From: Mobula hypostoma
Taxonomy: Eukaryota
Length of the DNA stretch: 64,000 nucleotides
Reading direction: 5' to 3'
NCBI RefSeq assembly: GCF_963921235.1
Contig: NC_086097.1
Location: forward strand, 57,104,001 to 57,168,000
Position 1 is the stretch's first letter, and every line of letters starts with the position of its first letter. Made by a program: the position numbers and the translations under genes. The notes beneath the pieces are model-generated. The model saw only the letters and a list, made by a program, of their open reading frames with translations. It searched no databases and had not been told where the DNA came from. Shown here piece by piece: positions 36,901 through 49,764 of the stretch.

Positions 36901-37582
36901 TTCCCAGTGCTTAACTTCACCCCCACCCCCACACCCAGTTGCACCCATCACCAACCACCTTGTATTTCTTCCTCCCCTCCCTCACCTTCTTACTCTGACT
37001 TCTCATCCTTTTTTCCAGTCCTGATTGTTAGAGTGACTTTTGGGTTCAGCACATTTACATTTAGCAAATGGCTACAGCCACCAATCTTCAAATCTGAATA
37101 TGAATTGTAGATTTAATTTGAAGTGCAGCTCTGAATAAAGAGTTCCTAAAAGCCTTAAATCACAGACCAGATAATGCTAGTTAAAATTAATTTAGATGTT
37201 TGTGGTGTGGCTGTGAATTAGGAGGTGTGAAGTTTGTGTGTAGTTTCATGGAAAGCATTGTGGAAACATTTTAAATATGGAATTGCCCTTTGATGTTTAG
37301 CACATAAAATATCAAGCCCCATGTTGGGCCAGACAGACCTTTTCCACCGAAAGCGTCTCCATATGATGCCTGATGTATCGTGTTTTGTGGAATAAAGAAG
37401 CTGCTTTGTATCTAACAGTATTTTTTCCAGTGACTTAATTCATGCAGCAAACCTGATGAAGGGTCTCGGCCTGAAACATTGACTGTTTAGTCTTTTCCGT
37501 AGATGCTGCCTGGCCTACTGAGTTCCTCCATCATTTTGTGTGTGTTGCTTGGTTTCCAGCATCTGCAGATTTTCTTGTGTTT
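33986..37582 (+). mobile_element. Penelope-like element (Neptune-type), degenerate RT and GIY-YIG endonuclease with a 3' pseudo-LTR
   Basis: KGLTFVP, ADK.GAV, PKIHK..GRPII and KGVAMG remnants; GIY-YIG with an internal CxxC (VIYCIWCSQCGLLYISDT, about 36445-36500); ATGA repeated at both junctions (33982-33985 and 37583-37586). Confidence 0.88.
37026..37451 (+). mobile_element. Probable solo LTR inserted in the Penelope pseudo-LTR
   Basis: Starts TGTTAG; AATAAA at 37391-37396; a TCCAGTGA..TCA U5-like end shared with the 51.6-kb LTR; flanked by CCTGAT duplications (37020-37025 and 37452-37457); the 3' CA end is imperfect. Confidence 0.65.
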
Positions 37583-38683
37583 ATGATCAAACGGTTAATC
37601 TGGTTCTTGTCACAACCATTGGATGAGTATCATGTTAGTTTGTATATTTCATGGTGCAGAAAGGGGATCCCGTCTATGATCAGATTGTTCATGGCACAGA
37701 ATTCCACCAGTCTTCCATCATTGTTATTCATCATTCCACATCCATGAGTGCTCGTGATCCTAGTGAAGTGTAAGTTGTTATTTCCCACTTTGGCAGTTAG
37801 ATCTCCCATGACGATGATTATATTATGGCATGGTTAACTCTACCTCAGATTGCAGATGCTCGTAGAAGACATCCTTTTCTTCAATGTCACTATCATTAGT
37901 TGGAGCATAGCACTGGATCGCTCCCGTGTTCACTTGCTTCCCTTTCAGCTTACTTCCGCTCCAGCAAATACTTCTCAATGCATTTTTTCAAAATGACAAC
38001 TACACCATCATGATGCTGACTGTCTTCCTTTCCTGAGATTAAAACCGTTTCACCAGTTGCTGCCTTTAGTTAGCCGGACCCTGTCATCTGCTTTCATTGA
38101 CGCCCAGTATTTGTAGGTTGTAACAACACATTTCTGTAATTATTTGTGCTAACTTGGTGGTTTGTACATTCCAAAAACCAATTTTGGTCTTGATCTTGGT
38201 GCCATTTCGGGCTTCCTTCATCATGCCATTAGCTTCCTCTTGGTTTTCACTACTGTCAGCCATGCAAGTTCTGGGTGGAGACCTAGGCATACCATTACAC
38301 ACAGGTGTAGAAGGATTCTTCATTGCTGTTTCTGTAACAATTATTTTTGAACCAGTCAGGGTTGTTAGCCCTGAGCTGAGCACCCGAACCTGGAGGACCA
38401 GTGGACCACTCTTCGTCAGGCCTCTACTCTTTTACCTGTTTGGCATGGGTGACTTTACCAAGAGCACAAGTCCCTGACTCCAGCCAACAAAGCTCTCTGG
38501 GTCTTTCAGGCATTCAAGCCTTCAATCCTGCAAACAAATTTATGGTCCTCTTGGTGGTTCTTCCATGCAGTCAGCAAAGATTTAGAAACCTCTATCAGTG
38601 CCTCAGCTATCTCGTTCTTTGCAGTTTGAGATATATCTCAGTAGTCCCTGAGGATTTCTTGCTAATACTGTACCATTTTTGTA

Positions 38684-40235
38684 CAGTTCCTTGAAAAAGT
38701 ATTCTCACATTTTACTGTCTCATTATCTAAATTTAAAATGTATTGAAGTAGGAATTTTTGAGCTAATCAACAAAACACCGTGCATCATGCAAATCAAAAG
38801 AAAAATTTCAAAACCTGTCAACAATTTACTGAAAATTTAAAACCAAAATTATGAGGCCGAAAGAGTATTCATTCTCTTTGTAATTACTATGTTACCTTTT
38901 CTTAGTTGCAATACTATATATTACCTTACCAATTCAATCAATTTGTTGATGTAGAAAATTTGAGAATCACCTGTTCTCAATGAATTTGTAAGAATAAATA
39001 CCCCTCTCTCTGTAAGGTCCAACAGACCAAACCAAAATGAAGACAAGAGCATTCAAGACAAGTCAGAAAAATGATCATAGAGAAGCAGTAATCTGGGGGA
39101 GGGTACAAGACCATCTCAAACGCACTGGGCATACCTTGAAGCTCAGTGCAGTCCATTGTGAAAAAGTGGCAAAAGTATGAAACCACAGCCACGCTGCCTA
39201 GATCAGGCCGCTCCTCTAAACTTAGTTGCCTGAGAAGAATGGCACTTGTAAGAGAGGCTACAATGATGCCAACAGTCACTCTGAGTGAGCTGCAGAAGTC
39301 GGTGGCTGCAATTGGAGATGAAGTTCATGGCTCCACAATTTCTAAGGCCTTGCACATAAAGAGCATTTATTAAAGAGTGGCCAGGAAGAAGCCCTGGCTT
39401 TAAAAAAGCATATCTTTGCCCGTAAAGACTTTGCAAGCGTTACCAAAGATAGTAAAGTGGAAGGAGGTCTTGTGGTCAGATGGGACTAAAGTGTAACTTT
39501 TTGGCCTCAACACTAAGCGAGTGGTGGGGCACACATCTAATACTGCACGTCAGCCAGGTAATACCATCCCTACTGTAAAGTATGGTGGAGGTAGCATCAT
39601 GCTACGGGGATGCTTTTTATCAACAAGGACTGGTAATCTGGTCAGGATTGATGTGAAAATGAATGCTGCTAAATACAGAGATCCTGGATAAAAACTTGCT
39701 AGCCTCTGCCAGAAAGCTTCAAATAGGGTAGAAGTTCGTCTTTCAGCAGGACAGTAACCCTAAGCACACTGCCAGAGGAAACGTGGAGTGGCTTTAAATG
39801 AAGAAAATTGATGACCTTGATTGCCGTAGTCAGAGTTCTGACTTTAACCTAATTGAACATCTCTGGCGAGACTTCAAGATTGCTGTCCACTGCCACTCCC
39901 AATTAACTTGGCACAGCTTGAGCAATTTTGTAAGAAGGAATGGGCAATCTTGTTGCATCACATTGTGCGAAGCTTATAGAATCCTATCCAAAAGGGCTGT
40001 AATAGCTGCAAGAGTTGGTTTAACTAAGTGCTGAGGAAAGGGGGATGAATGCTTTTAAACTGTTGATATTTCAAATAAAATTTTAAAAATATTTTATATG
40101 CTTTGCAATTTCCCCTGTTTTTGTTTAGCTCTACTATGAGAAAAATGAACATGTGATTTACAAACAAAAATTCTGATTGTAATACTCATTTATGTGAACA
40201 AAGGGTAGGAGGCTGAATATTTTTACATGGCACAG
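38684..40235 (+). mobile_element. Full-length degenerate Tc1 (DD34E-type) transposon with IR/DR-type ends
   Basis: TA-CAGTTCCTTGAAAAAGTATTC left end and GGCTGAATATTTTTACATGGCACAG right end; inner repeats near 38861 and 40041; transposase pseudogene with GYKTIS, LPRSGR, VLWSD.TK, TVKYGGGSIM, FQQD.NPKH and S.DFNLIEHLW motifs. Confidence 0.92.
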
Positions 40236-40739
40236 CATATTCTGGAATTTTGTTGTTTCTCCCTTCTCAGTCATCTCGAACTGCAATGCCCTTTAGTGAA
40301 GAAAGATGAAAAGTATTCATGCAGAACCTTATCTGTGCCTTATGACTGGCATAGGGTTGGTCCACACTGGGTCCTAAAATTTTGTGATTATCCTCTTGCT
40401 GTTAATCTACTTATAAAATGATTTGGCCTTTTTCTTAATCTTGTCCACCAATGATATTTCATGCTCCGCTTTAACTTCCTAATTTCTTTGATCAGTACCC
40501 CTTTATACCTTCTATATTTCTGTAGGCTCCCCTTCTGTTTCAGTTCTCTAGACCTACCATATGCTTCCTCTTTCTTTTTATCCAGTCCTCCATTTCCTTG
40601 ATATTTAGGCTTCCTTGAAAGTATTCTCCATACCTTCTAACTCTTATGGGATCATGACAGCTCTGAACTCTCATTGAATGACCCACACTTATGTGAAGTC
40701 GATCTGTCTGAAAGTAGCTGCTCCTTGTCTTCTTGTGGC

Positions 40740-41345
40740 AGTCTTGTGGTATTTTGAAGTGAGAAGATGGGAAGTGATAGTTGGAAAATGTAAATGGCTG
40801 AAGAAGGTATCTGATAGGAGAGGAGAATTCTCCGTGGAAGAAAAGAAAGGAGGATGGGCACCAGAGGAAGGTGATAGGCAGGTGAGGTGAGGTGAAGAGT
40901 AAGAGGGGAGCCGGAATGGAAAAGGAGAGAAGGGGGTGGGGGGGGGGGAATAACTAGAATTTGGAAAAATTTATGTTCATGCTCTCAGGTTAGAGGCTAC
41001 TTAGGTGGAATATGGATGTATTGCTTCTCCAACTTTAGAGTGCCCTCATCGTAACAGTAGAGGATGCCATGGACTGACATGTTGGAATGGGAATGGGGAG
41101 TGGAATTAAAATGGTTGGCCACTGGGAAATCCTCCCTGTTGTGGTCCCACCCACCTTCCTTCCCCCTCACCTGGCTTCACCTATCACCTTCCAGCTTGTA
41201 CTCCTTCCCCTTCCTTTTCCTTATTCTAGCTTCTCTCTTTCTTTCCAGTCTGGATGAATGGTTTCAGCACAAAGTGTTGACTCTTTTTCCCTTTCCATAA
41301 ATGCTGCCTGGCCTTCTGAATTCCTCCGCCGTTTTGTGTGTGTTA
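40740..41345. mobile_element. Inverted pair of degenerate Penelope 3' fragments
   Basis: 40740-41140 is the reverse complement of the 36550-36900 region; 41140-41345 is a forward pseudo-LTR with a decayed hammerhead. Confidence 0.7.
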
Positions 41346-41856
41346 AATGTGATGATCCTCAAATATGCATTTTTTTATTTAATTGAGGGAAAGTGATTAA
41401 ATCTCTAACCATATTGCCAAAAAAAAGATCTTTAGGTAATGTCCTCTGAGCATGGAACATGCACTGATCCCTTGTCGGAGCAGCATCATCAACAATGGTC
41501 TAGAGTCACTGCCTTCAGGCGCAAGATTGAAGGGCCTACCTGCCATGATATTGTCCAGTAAATGAAAGAAAGGAATTTGCTTCTGTCATGCTGACCTGGG
41601 GAGGAAAAGATGTGGGGTGGGCTGGGTGGTGCTAGTGGAGGGAATTGATTGGGAATTGTGGCATAACGTGGAAAAAGGAGGGCAGGTCAGATGTGTCTCT
41701 TCTCTCTCCCAGTCTCTCTTCACTACTACTGCATCCCATTCTCCCAGCTCCAAAAAGAGGCAGTTTTTCAGAAAATAATTATTGTCTTTTTAGGTCTGAT
41801 GCATTTATGCAACTTCATTGTAAAATTTTACTTATTTTTGTATTTCATGAAACCAG

Positions 41857-41932
41857 CGTTCAAATTCAAGTGATGTACACGGAACTGTAGAAAACCTTTC
41901 AACAGCAGCAGCAGATGGCAGCAAACTCAAAG
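41857..41932 (+). CDS. KIAA0586: TALPID3 coding exon 3: RSNSSDVHGTVENLSTAAADGSKLK(G)
   Basis: accag acceptor after a T-rich tract and AAG|gtatga donor; phase 0 to 1 exactly bridges exons 2 and 4. Confidence 0.6.
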
Positions 41933-43356
41933 GTATGACTAAGACAATTCCTTCCAAGTTGCTTTAGCATTACTTTGACAATGAATCATAAGGACACGTA
42001 TTTTACCAAGCAGATATTGATTGATTCACCAAGGAATTACATTCCAGACAAAGTTGTGTTAAGTGACAATGCATAAATTGCAAAAGTCTGTACCTTTAGT
42101 CTCAATGTAAAAATTCTGGCTGCTCTCCTGAACTCAAATTATGGTGGGAACACATAAGCTCCTAAAGAAACGTCAATGCAAGTACATAAAATGATAAAAT
42201 ATTGTTTTATTAGTAACTAAAGCTTTGGGTTATTACTAAGATTCAGGGTACATGTCAAGTGAAGCATATAGGATGTCTTTCTGTATATCTGTCTCTTTTT
42301 TTCCTTCCAGCTTTTGCTCCCCTGGTCATCTCATACTCCCCTAGCTTTTGCTTTCTCTTTCCCCACCTATTCTTCCATAAAGTCTGTATGACCCACTTTA
42401 CCCTTCAGCTGCAGTTGAGTTTGCTTGCCATGATTTGCTATGATTACTCTTCCTTAGTCCACAGGAAATTCAATATCCCAGGAATAAGGTAGTTAATAAC
42501 ATTCACTACTGCTATTGTGTGTGTTATTTTTACTAAAGATATGGTATTATTGGTGTTGCAATATTTGATTGATTTTAAAAGCTGAAACAGGAATGCAATT
42601 AGATCTTGCAAACCTCACATTAAATTATATTGTTTTCATCTGTGACATCTTCATTTACTCCACCCTAATGAAACCTAATGATTTCTTGATCCTTAATACT
42701 TGCCATTTAAAAATTGGCAAGTAGTTTTGAATTTTTCTATGTACCTACCTGCAACAGCATTTAGGTAATCAGTGTTCCAACCTTACACTTGCATGTGAAG
42801 AGCCTAGTTTTAATTTTAAGTTTATGCTTCAATGTTTTGAACTCACTCATCCATTATATCCTTTCAAATCATTCATCCCTTTCGAAGAGGTTAATTAGAC
42901 CTGTCATCTTTTACTCTGAAGCAAATATTTGCAAGGTCTTTTCAGCCTGCCTGTTTGAATCCATTTTTTGCCCTATTGTAATCTGGTGAATAAATGTTCT
43001 GTTTCCTATAATGTCAGTAAATATTTCCTAGAGAGAGATCCTCTGAACTCAGTCCAGTGTTCTTAAGACTGTGGCAAAGACTCAGACTATTTATACTGTA
43101 AGCCTGTGATATAAATTTTATCCTTCTGCACTGAAAATTCCATGAGAAAAAGGTTAATATTCCCTCAGCCTTTGGGAATTCTTGTGCATATGTGCACAGT
43201 TTACATTCATTTATATACGTGGATCCCTAAATTTCTCTACTGCTTCAGAATATTTAGTTTCCATCCATTTGATCTACAGCCATTAAATATGACTGTCAAC
43301 TACTCTTTGAGACCATGAGTTGTAGTCCTCTGAGTGAAAAGAAGATTTATTTCATT

Positions 43357-43800
43357 AACACAAAATACTTTGCAGATGCTGGGGTCAAAGCAACACTCAC
43401 AACATGCTGGAGGAACTCAGCAGGTCGGGCAGCATCCGTGGAAACGATTAGTCAACGTTTCTGGCCGGAACCCTTCGTCAGGACTGAAGAGGGAAGGGAC
43501 AGAGGCCCTATAAGGAAGGTGGGGGGAGGGTGGGAAGGAGAAGGCTGGTAGGTTCCAGGTGAAAAACCAGTGAGGGGAGAGATAAAGGGGTGGTAAAAGG
43601 GAAGCAGGGAGGTGATAGGCAGGAAAGGTGAAGAAGGAATAGGGGAAAACACAATGGGTAGTAGAAGGAGGCGGAACCATGAGGGAGGTGATAGGCAGCT
43701 GGGGGAGGGGACAGAGTGAAATAGGGATAAGGGAAGGGAGCGGGAGGGATTTACCGGAAGTTGGAGAATTCTACTGCCATGATGAGGCTAAACTCAGACC
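43357..43800 (-). mobile_element. Penelope 3' fragment with a hammerhead motif at 43485-43450
   Basis: Minus strand AGTC-CTGACGA-A-GGGTTCCGGCCA-GAAA-CG-TT-GACT, with a pyrimidine-rich 3' UTR like the 36.7-37.0 kb region. Confidence 0.82.
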
Positions 43801-44154
43801 AAATACAAATTGAATAACCAAATAACAATTGAAAACAAAGAAACTTTGGAATGTATGCCCATAGATCCTTAAAGGTAGCAGGACAGGTCAATAGGTGGTT
43901 AAAATGCCCTTATGATGCTCTCCTTTCTTCAGAATGGCTAAGAACAGGAACAGGGAACTTATGCTGCACATGACACAGCTTGAATACTGCAATGATTTCT
44001 AGAAACACCATGGTAGGAAAGATGTGTTTGCACTGGAGAAGACGCAGAGGTGATTTAAGAGGGTTTTACAGGACAAAAAAACTGTAGGATTGAAGAAAGA
44101 CTTGATATGTTAGGGCTACACACACACACACAAAATGTAGGAGGAACTCAGCAA

Positions 44155-45071
44155 ATAACCATATAACAATTACAGCAGGGAAACAGGCCATCTCGGCCCT
44201 TCTAGTCTGTGCCGAACTGTTACTCTCACCTAGTCCCACCGACCTGCACCAAGCCCATAACCCTCCATTCCTTTCCTGTCCATATAACTATCCAATTTAA
44301 CTTTAAACTACAACATCGGACCTGCCTCAACCACTTCTGCTGGAAGCTCATTCCACACAGCTACCACTCTTTGAGTAAAGAAGTTTCCCCTCATGTTACT
44401 CCTAAACTTTTGCCCTTTAACTCTCAACTCATGTCCTCTTGTTTGAATCTCCCCCACTCTCAATGGAAAAAGCCTATCCACGCCAACTCTATCTATCCCC
44501 CTCATAATTTTAAATACCTCTATCAAGTCCCCCCTCAACCTTCTACGCTCCAAAGAATAAAGACCCAATTTGTTCAACCTTTCTCTGTAACTTAGCTGAT
44601 GAAACCCAGCTAACATTCTAGTAAATCTCCTCTGTACTCTCTCTATTTTGTTGACATCTTTCCTATAATTTGGTGACCAGAACTGTACACAATACTCCAA
44701 ATTTGGCCTTACCAATGCCTTATACAATTTCAACATTACATCCCAACTCCTATACTCAATGCTCTGATTTATAAAGGCCAGCATACCAAAAGCTTTCTTC
44801 ACCACCCTATCCACATGAGATTCCAACTTCAGGGAACTATGCACCATTATTCCTAGATCCCTCTGTTCTACTGCATTCTTCAATGCCCTACCATTTACCA
44901 TGTATGTCCTACTTTGATTAGTCCTACCAAAATGTAGCACCTCACATTTATCAGCATTAAACCCCATCTGCCATCTTTCAGCCCACTCTTCTAGCTGGCC
45001 TAAATCTCTCTGCAAGCTTTGAAAACCTACTTCATTATCCACAACTCCACCTATCTTAGTATCATCTGCAA
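44155..45071 (-). mobile_element. Young 5'-truncated CR1 (RT C-terminus open, 3' tail)
   Basis: Uninterrupted frame from ADDTKIGG through LYKALVRPNLEYCVQFWSP to FFTQRVV.VWNELP. Confidence 0.92.
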
Positions 45072-48000
45072 GGTTTAAAGTAATTTGCCAGGGGGACGAG
45101 AACCAGAGTGGTAGGAGAAGAGCTGGTTTAAAGGTAGGTACAATCTGTAGAGAGACTGTGAGGAAGGATAGGCAGTGGTTAGGGTACAATTGCACTCGGA
45201 TGGGTTGAAATATATTTACTTTAATCCGAGAAGTATCAGGAACAAAGGTGATGAACTTAGAAGGTGGATCAGTACATGGAACTATGATGTTGTGGCCATT
45301 GTGGAGACTTTGATGTCACAAGAGCAGGAATGTTCTGGGGTCTCAGATGTTTCAAAAGCGATAGGGAGAGATGTAAAAGAGGTGTGAGAGTGGCATTGCT
45401 AATCAAGTATAGTATCAAAGCTGCAGAAAAGAAGGACCTCGTGGAGGGATGATTTACTGACTCAATATGGGTGGAAGTCGGAAACAGGAAGGGAGCAATT
45501 ACTCGGTTGGGAGTTTTCTATAGGCCTCCCAGTAGCAACAGGGACAGTGAAGAGCAGATCAGTAGGTAGAATTTAGAAAGATGTGAAAATAATGGTTGTT
45601 GTCATAGGAGACTTCAACTACCTTAATATTGATTGGAACCTCTTCAGTATGAGATGGGGCAGAATTTGTTAGATGTGTCCAAATAGGATTCCTGACACAC
45701 AATATGTGGACAGGCTGATGAGAGAAGAGGCCATACTGGATCGAGCAGTAGTAAAAAACCTGGTGAGATGCCAGCACCCTCTGTGGATGAGCGTTTCAGA
45801 GATAGTGATCATAGCTCCTTAGCTTTTAGCATAGCCTTGGATAGGGGTAGGTGCAGACAGTATGGAAAAGTGTTAATTTGGGGGGAAGACTAATTATGCT
45901 ATTAAACTGTAACTTGGAAGTGTAAATTGGGAACAGATGTCTCTGAAAAATGTACAATAGAAATGTGCATGTTGTTTAGGAAGTGCTTACATGGGGTTCT
46001 GAGTAGGTCTGTCCCATTCAGGCATGGAACCATAAGTGAAGGAACCATGGAAGAAGGATAGAAGAAGGAACATACTTGAGGTTTAGTCAGGACTCTTCAT
46101 AGTTAAAAGTTAGCCAGGAAAGAGCTTGGACTTAGGAGAGCTAGAAGCGGACATAAGAAGGCCTTGGCCAATAGAATTAAGGAAACCCCAAGGTGTTTTA
46201 CACATGTAAAGAACTGAATGAAGACTGTAAGACTGATCAGAGATAAAGGAGGAAATATGCCTGGAGTTGGAGGGAGTCAGGGAGGTCTTTAATGAATATT
46301 TTGCTTCAGTATTCATCAGTGAGAGAGATCTTGACATATGTGAGGTCAGTACAGAACGGGCTAATATGCTGGAACATGTTGTGGTTAAGGAAGAGGATGA
46401 TTTGGAACTTTTGAAAAATATTAGGATGGATGAGTCCCTGAGGCAGGATGGAATATATCCTAGGTTACTAGTGAAGAGGGAAAAGATTGCTTGGAAGTTG
46501 ATGATGATCTTTGCTTCTTCACTACTCACTGGATTAGTAGCAGAAGATTGGAGGATGGCAAATGTTATTCCTTTTTTTCAAGAAAGATAATAGGGATAAT
46601 CCTGGGAATTATAGACCAGTGAGTCTTGGAGAAAGAGATACAATTTACAAGCACTTGGAGAAGCATTGTCTGATTAGAGATATTCAGTGTTGCTTTAAGA
46701 GGGGCAAGTCAGACCTCATGAGCCTGATGGACTTTTCTGAGAAAGTGACTAAATTAATTAAGGTAGAGCAGTGGATGTAGTATGTATAGATTTTATTATG
46801 GCGTTCAAGCAGTTTCCTTTTGGTAGTCTTATTCAGAGGTCTGGGGGCAAATAATCCAGTGAAACTTCGTTGTGTGGACTCAGAATTAGCTTGCTCACAG
46901 AAGGCAGAGTGTGGTAGTAGATGGAGTGTATTCTGCTTGGAGGACCGTAACTACTGGTGTTCTGCAGGGATCTGTCCTGGGACCACTGCTCCTTGTGATT
47001 TTTTATAAATGACTTGGATGAGGAAGTGGAATGGTATGTTGATAAGTTGGCAGATGATGAGAAGGTTGGTAGTGTTGTACATAGAGTAGAAGGTTGTCAT
47101 AGGTTGCAACAGGACATTGATAGGATGGAGAGCTGGGTTGAGAAAAGGCAGATGGATTTCAGTCTTGGAAAATGTGAAGTTATTAAGATCTAACGAAGGC
47201 AGAGTACAAGGTTAATGATAGGATTTTTAACACTGTGGAGGAACAGAGCAGAGGTTTCTTGAGGTTCAAGTCCATAGATTTCTCAAAGTTGCCATGCAAG
47301 TTGTTAGGAAGGTTAAGAAGGTAAGTGGTATGTTGGCCTTCATTAGTTGGGGGCGGGGTGAGTTCAAGAATCACGAGGTAATGTTGCAGCTCTGTGAATC
47401 TCTTGTTAGAGTACACTTGGAGTATGTGTTCAGTTCTGGTTACCTCGTTATAGGAAGGCTTTGGAATATTTAGAAAGGGTGCAGAGGAGATGTATTAGGA
47501 TATTGCCTGGATTAGAGAGCATGTCTTATGAGGAAAGATTGAGCACGTTAGGGCTTTTGTCATTGCAGCAAGGGAGGATGAGAGACAACTAGACAGAAGT
47601 ATATAAGATGGTGAGAGGCATAGATAGAGAGGACAGCTAGCACCTTTATATGGTTCCTTAAGATTGTCATAGTCAGGGGAAGTAGTGGGGATAAGCTCCA
47701 CTACCTACTAAATGCTCCCAATGGTGTGCATCTCAAATAGACTCTTTCCTAACTTCTGGTTTAAGATGGTGCTGGTAAAGCACAGTGATGACTTGCTGGT
47801 AACAAACAAAAGTATAAGTTACTGTATTAATCAGACTTTTTCCTCAGATACGATCACTGCAATCAATAGCCTGTAACTTCCCTTTCAGAGTTGAGCTTTT
47901 GAACCACCTGGCATTTTTGTAGTGTGAATTGAAGTCTTGAATGTGCAGCAGTGAAGCTGTCAGGGCCCAAGGCGAGGGACAGGCCCGGTGTTCAGCTCAC

Positions 48001-48960
48001 TGCTCCATGAGGTTTACTCTGTGCGGAATTGAAGCCTGGGCTGCAACTAACGGGCTCCTGGGTCAGCTGCAATGATGACTGGCTTCGTGGATGTGGACTC
48101 ACTATCATGAACTTCCGTTCTGAATGTTATTTGCTCATTTTTATTGATTTATACGATTTGTTTTTTTTCTACACATTGGCTGTTTGATGGTCTTTTCAAT
48201 GGTTTCTATTAGGTTTCTTTGTTTTGTGGCTGCCTGGAAGGAGATGAATCTCAAGGTTGTATATAGTATACTGTATGTGCTTAATTTAAACTTTGCACTT
48301 TGACAGCTAAGTCCAGCCCCTGGCCTTCATGTGTGGCTTTAGCTACCAAGTCCAATGGAACCATTTCTACTGATAGAAGAAGAGGAAAAGGTGCCTTAAA
48401 ACCAGTTACTTCAGCCAGATGGGGCTTTTCAGCTGTGGTTGGCAGCTCACCTAAGAGAAAGAAAACTCTGATCTCAAAGCTCCGCTGCCTTGCGGCTATA
48501 CCCACTCATGGGGAAGGCTTTGGGAGTAAACCCTAAGGAAAAATTCTGAGCTGGAGTCCCTAAGAGAGTCCTATGTTGAGGACTGCAACGCCGGTGGTGC
48601 CAAACTATATCAGTCTCTGCTCTTCCTTTGGATTCGTCAGCTGTGTGGTGAGGGGGAGCCTGCTGCATGGGCATCAGCTGGCTCTCCAGATCGTAGTGGC
48701 CTGCCTTGTGCATTGTCTTGTGTATCACATAGACAGCGAAGATGCTATGGTTGACCCTGACCAACGGAGGACCCATAAGTAAGTTTATGGAATGCACTGC
48801 CAGGACATTTAGGAGGCTGTTGGATAGGCACATGGATGATAGAAAAATGGAAGGCTATGTGGGAGAAAATGGCTAAATTGATCTTGGAGTAGGTTAAAAT
48901 GGTCGGCACAACATTATGAGCCGAAGGGCCTGTACTGTGCTCTACCGTTCTATGTTCTGT
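45071..48960 (+). mobile_element. Old CR1 (ORF2 APE-RT to 3' tail) interrupted at about 47.66-48.78 kb by nested short elements
   Basis: YFNPRSIRNKGDEL, NEYFASVF, DNPGNYRPVSL and LADD remnants; the 3' UTR resumes at about 48785. Confidence 0.85.
47664..48784 (+). mobile_element. Short non-autonomous retroposon with a TAAG-type tail, itself split by a ~560-bp element with an ACTTTG-type tail (about 47745-48302)
   Basis: Tails acccataagtaagt and aactttgcactttga; no coding capacity; family assignment uncertain. Confidence 0.5.
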
Positions 48961-49764
48961 TCAGTTTTCTAATTTGCCATTTGCAGGCAAGGCGTTTGTT
49001 GCCCAGCACTTGTATTCCTGAGGATGGCAGTAAGCTATTGATTTTGACATACATGGACATTTTTTTCCCACACGTTAGAATGTGTATTACTTGGAGAGGA
49101 ACCTCGAAGTGGTGCTGTCCCCAGGTTTAATGGGCTAGGCAGATACAGATGGAGTATCCCATGTGAACAAATGCACTCAAATTATGTAATATATAATTTG
49201 GCAAATTACATATACTAAAGCCATAGTGTACTGGTGAGAAAGGGAATAAATGTTTAGTCTGGCAGGTAGGAGCCTGTCAAGCACACTCTTGATTGTTGTT
49301 GGAACTGTGGTTGTCCAAGCCAGTGGAGAGTATTCTGTCATTCTGTTGACATGCTGCTTGTAGGTAGTGAAAGGGTTTTGGGCTATCATGAGATAGGTCA
49401 TTTACTGCAAGCTACCCAGTTTTTGCCATAGTTTTTATGAGTTATCCAGGTGGGTGATTGTGTTTATATTTGTTGGTAAACCCAGGGTGTTGATGGTGGG
49501 CCTCTTGATAATGGTAATGCCATTGATTATCAAAGACAGGTAATTAAAATATAACCTGCTGGAATTGGTCATTGCCTTTTTTTTGTTTGTGGAATACACT
49601 TTGCATTTATCAGCCCATGCCTGAATATTGTATGGTTTTTAATTTGCTGAAGAGTTGTAAATGGAAATTAACTTTGCATGATCATCAACTATATCTATTC
49701 TTGCATATACATTGGAAGAAGGCACATTGAAGAAGCAGCTGAAGATGGTTAGGCCACTTCTATG

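Larger units (their letters stand above)
31950..38560 (-). mobile_element. Degenerate RTE-clade LINE split by a Penelope insertion
   Basis: 5' UTR near 38.5 kb; APE start KIGFWNVQT..ILGVNESR; KNQINRLIM|TNGKWRKSL continuous across the insertion; RT remnants and 3' end near 31.96 kb. Confidence 0.82.

Noticed and set aside
44308..45195. 295-aa ORF, or a twin-primed inverted CR1
   Set aside because: The ORF N-terminus is the antisense of a separate, much more decayed CR1; the two pieces differ in age, so this is not a single inversion event.
48300..48392. Twister-like or CPEB3-like fold in the short retroposon
   Set aside because: The resemblance is only partial, and the pseudoknot pairings and conserved core are not intact in this copy.
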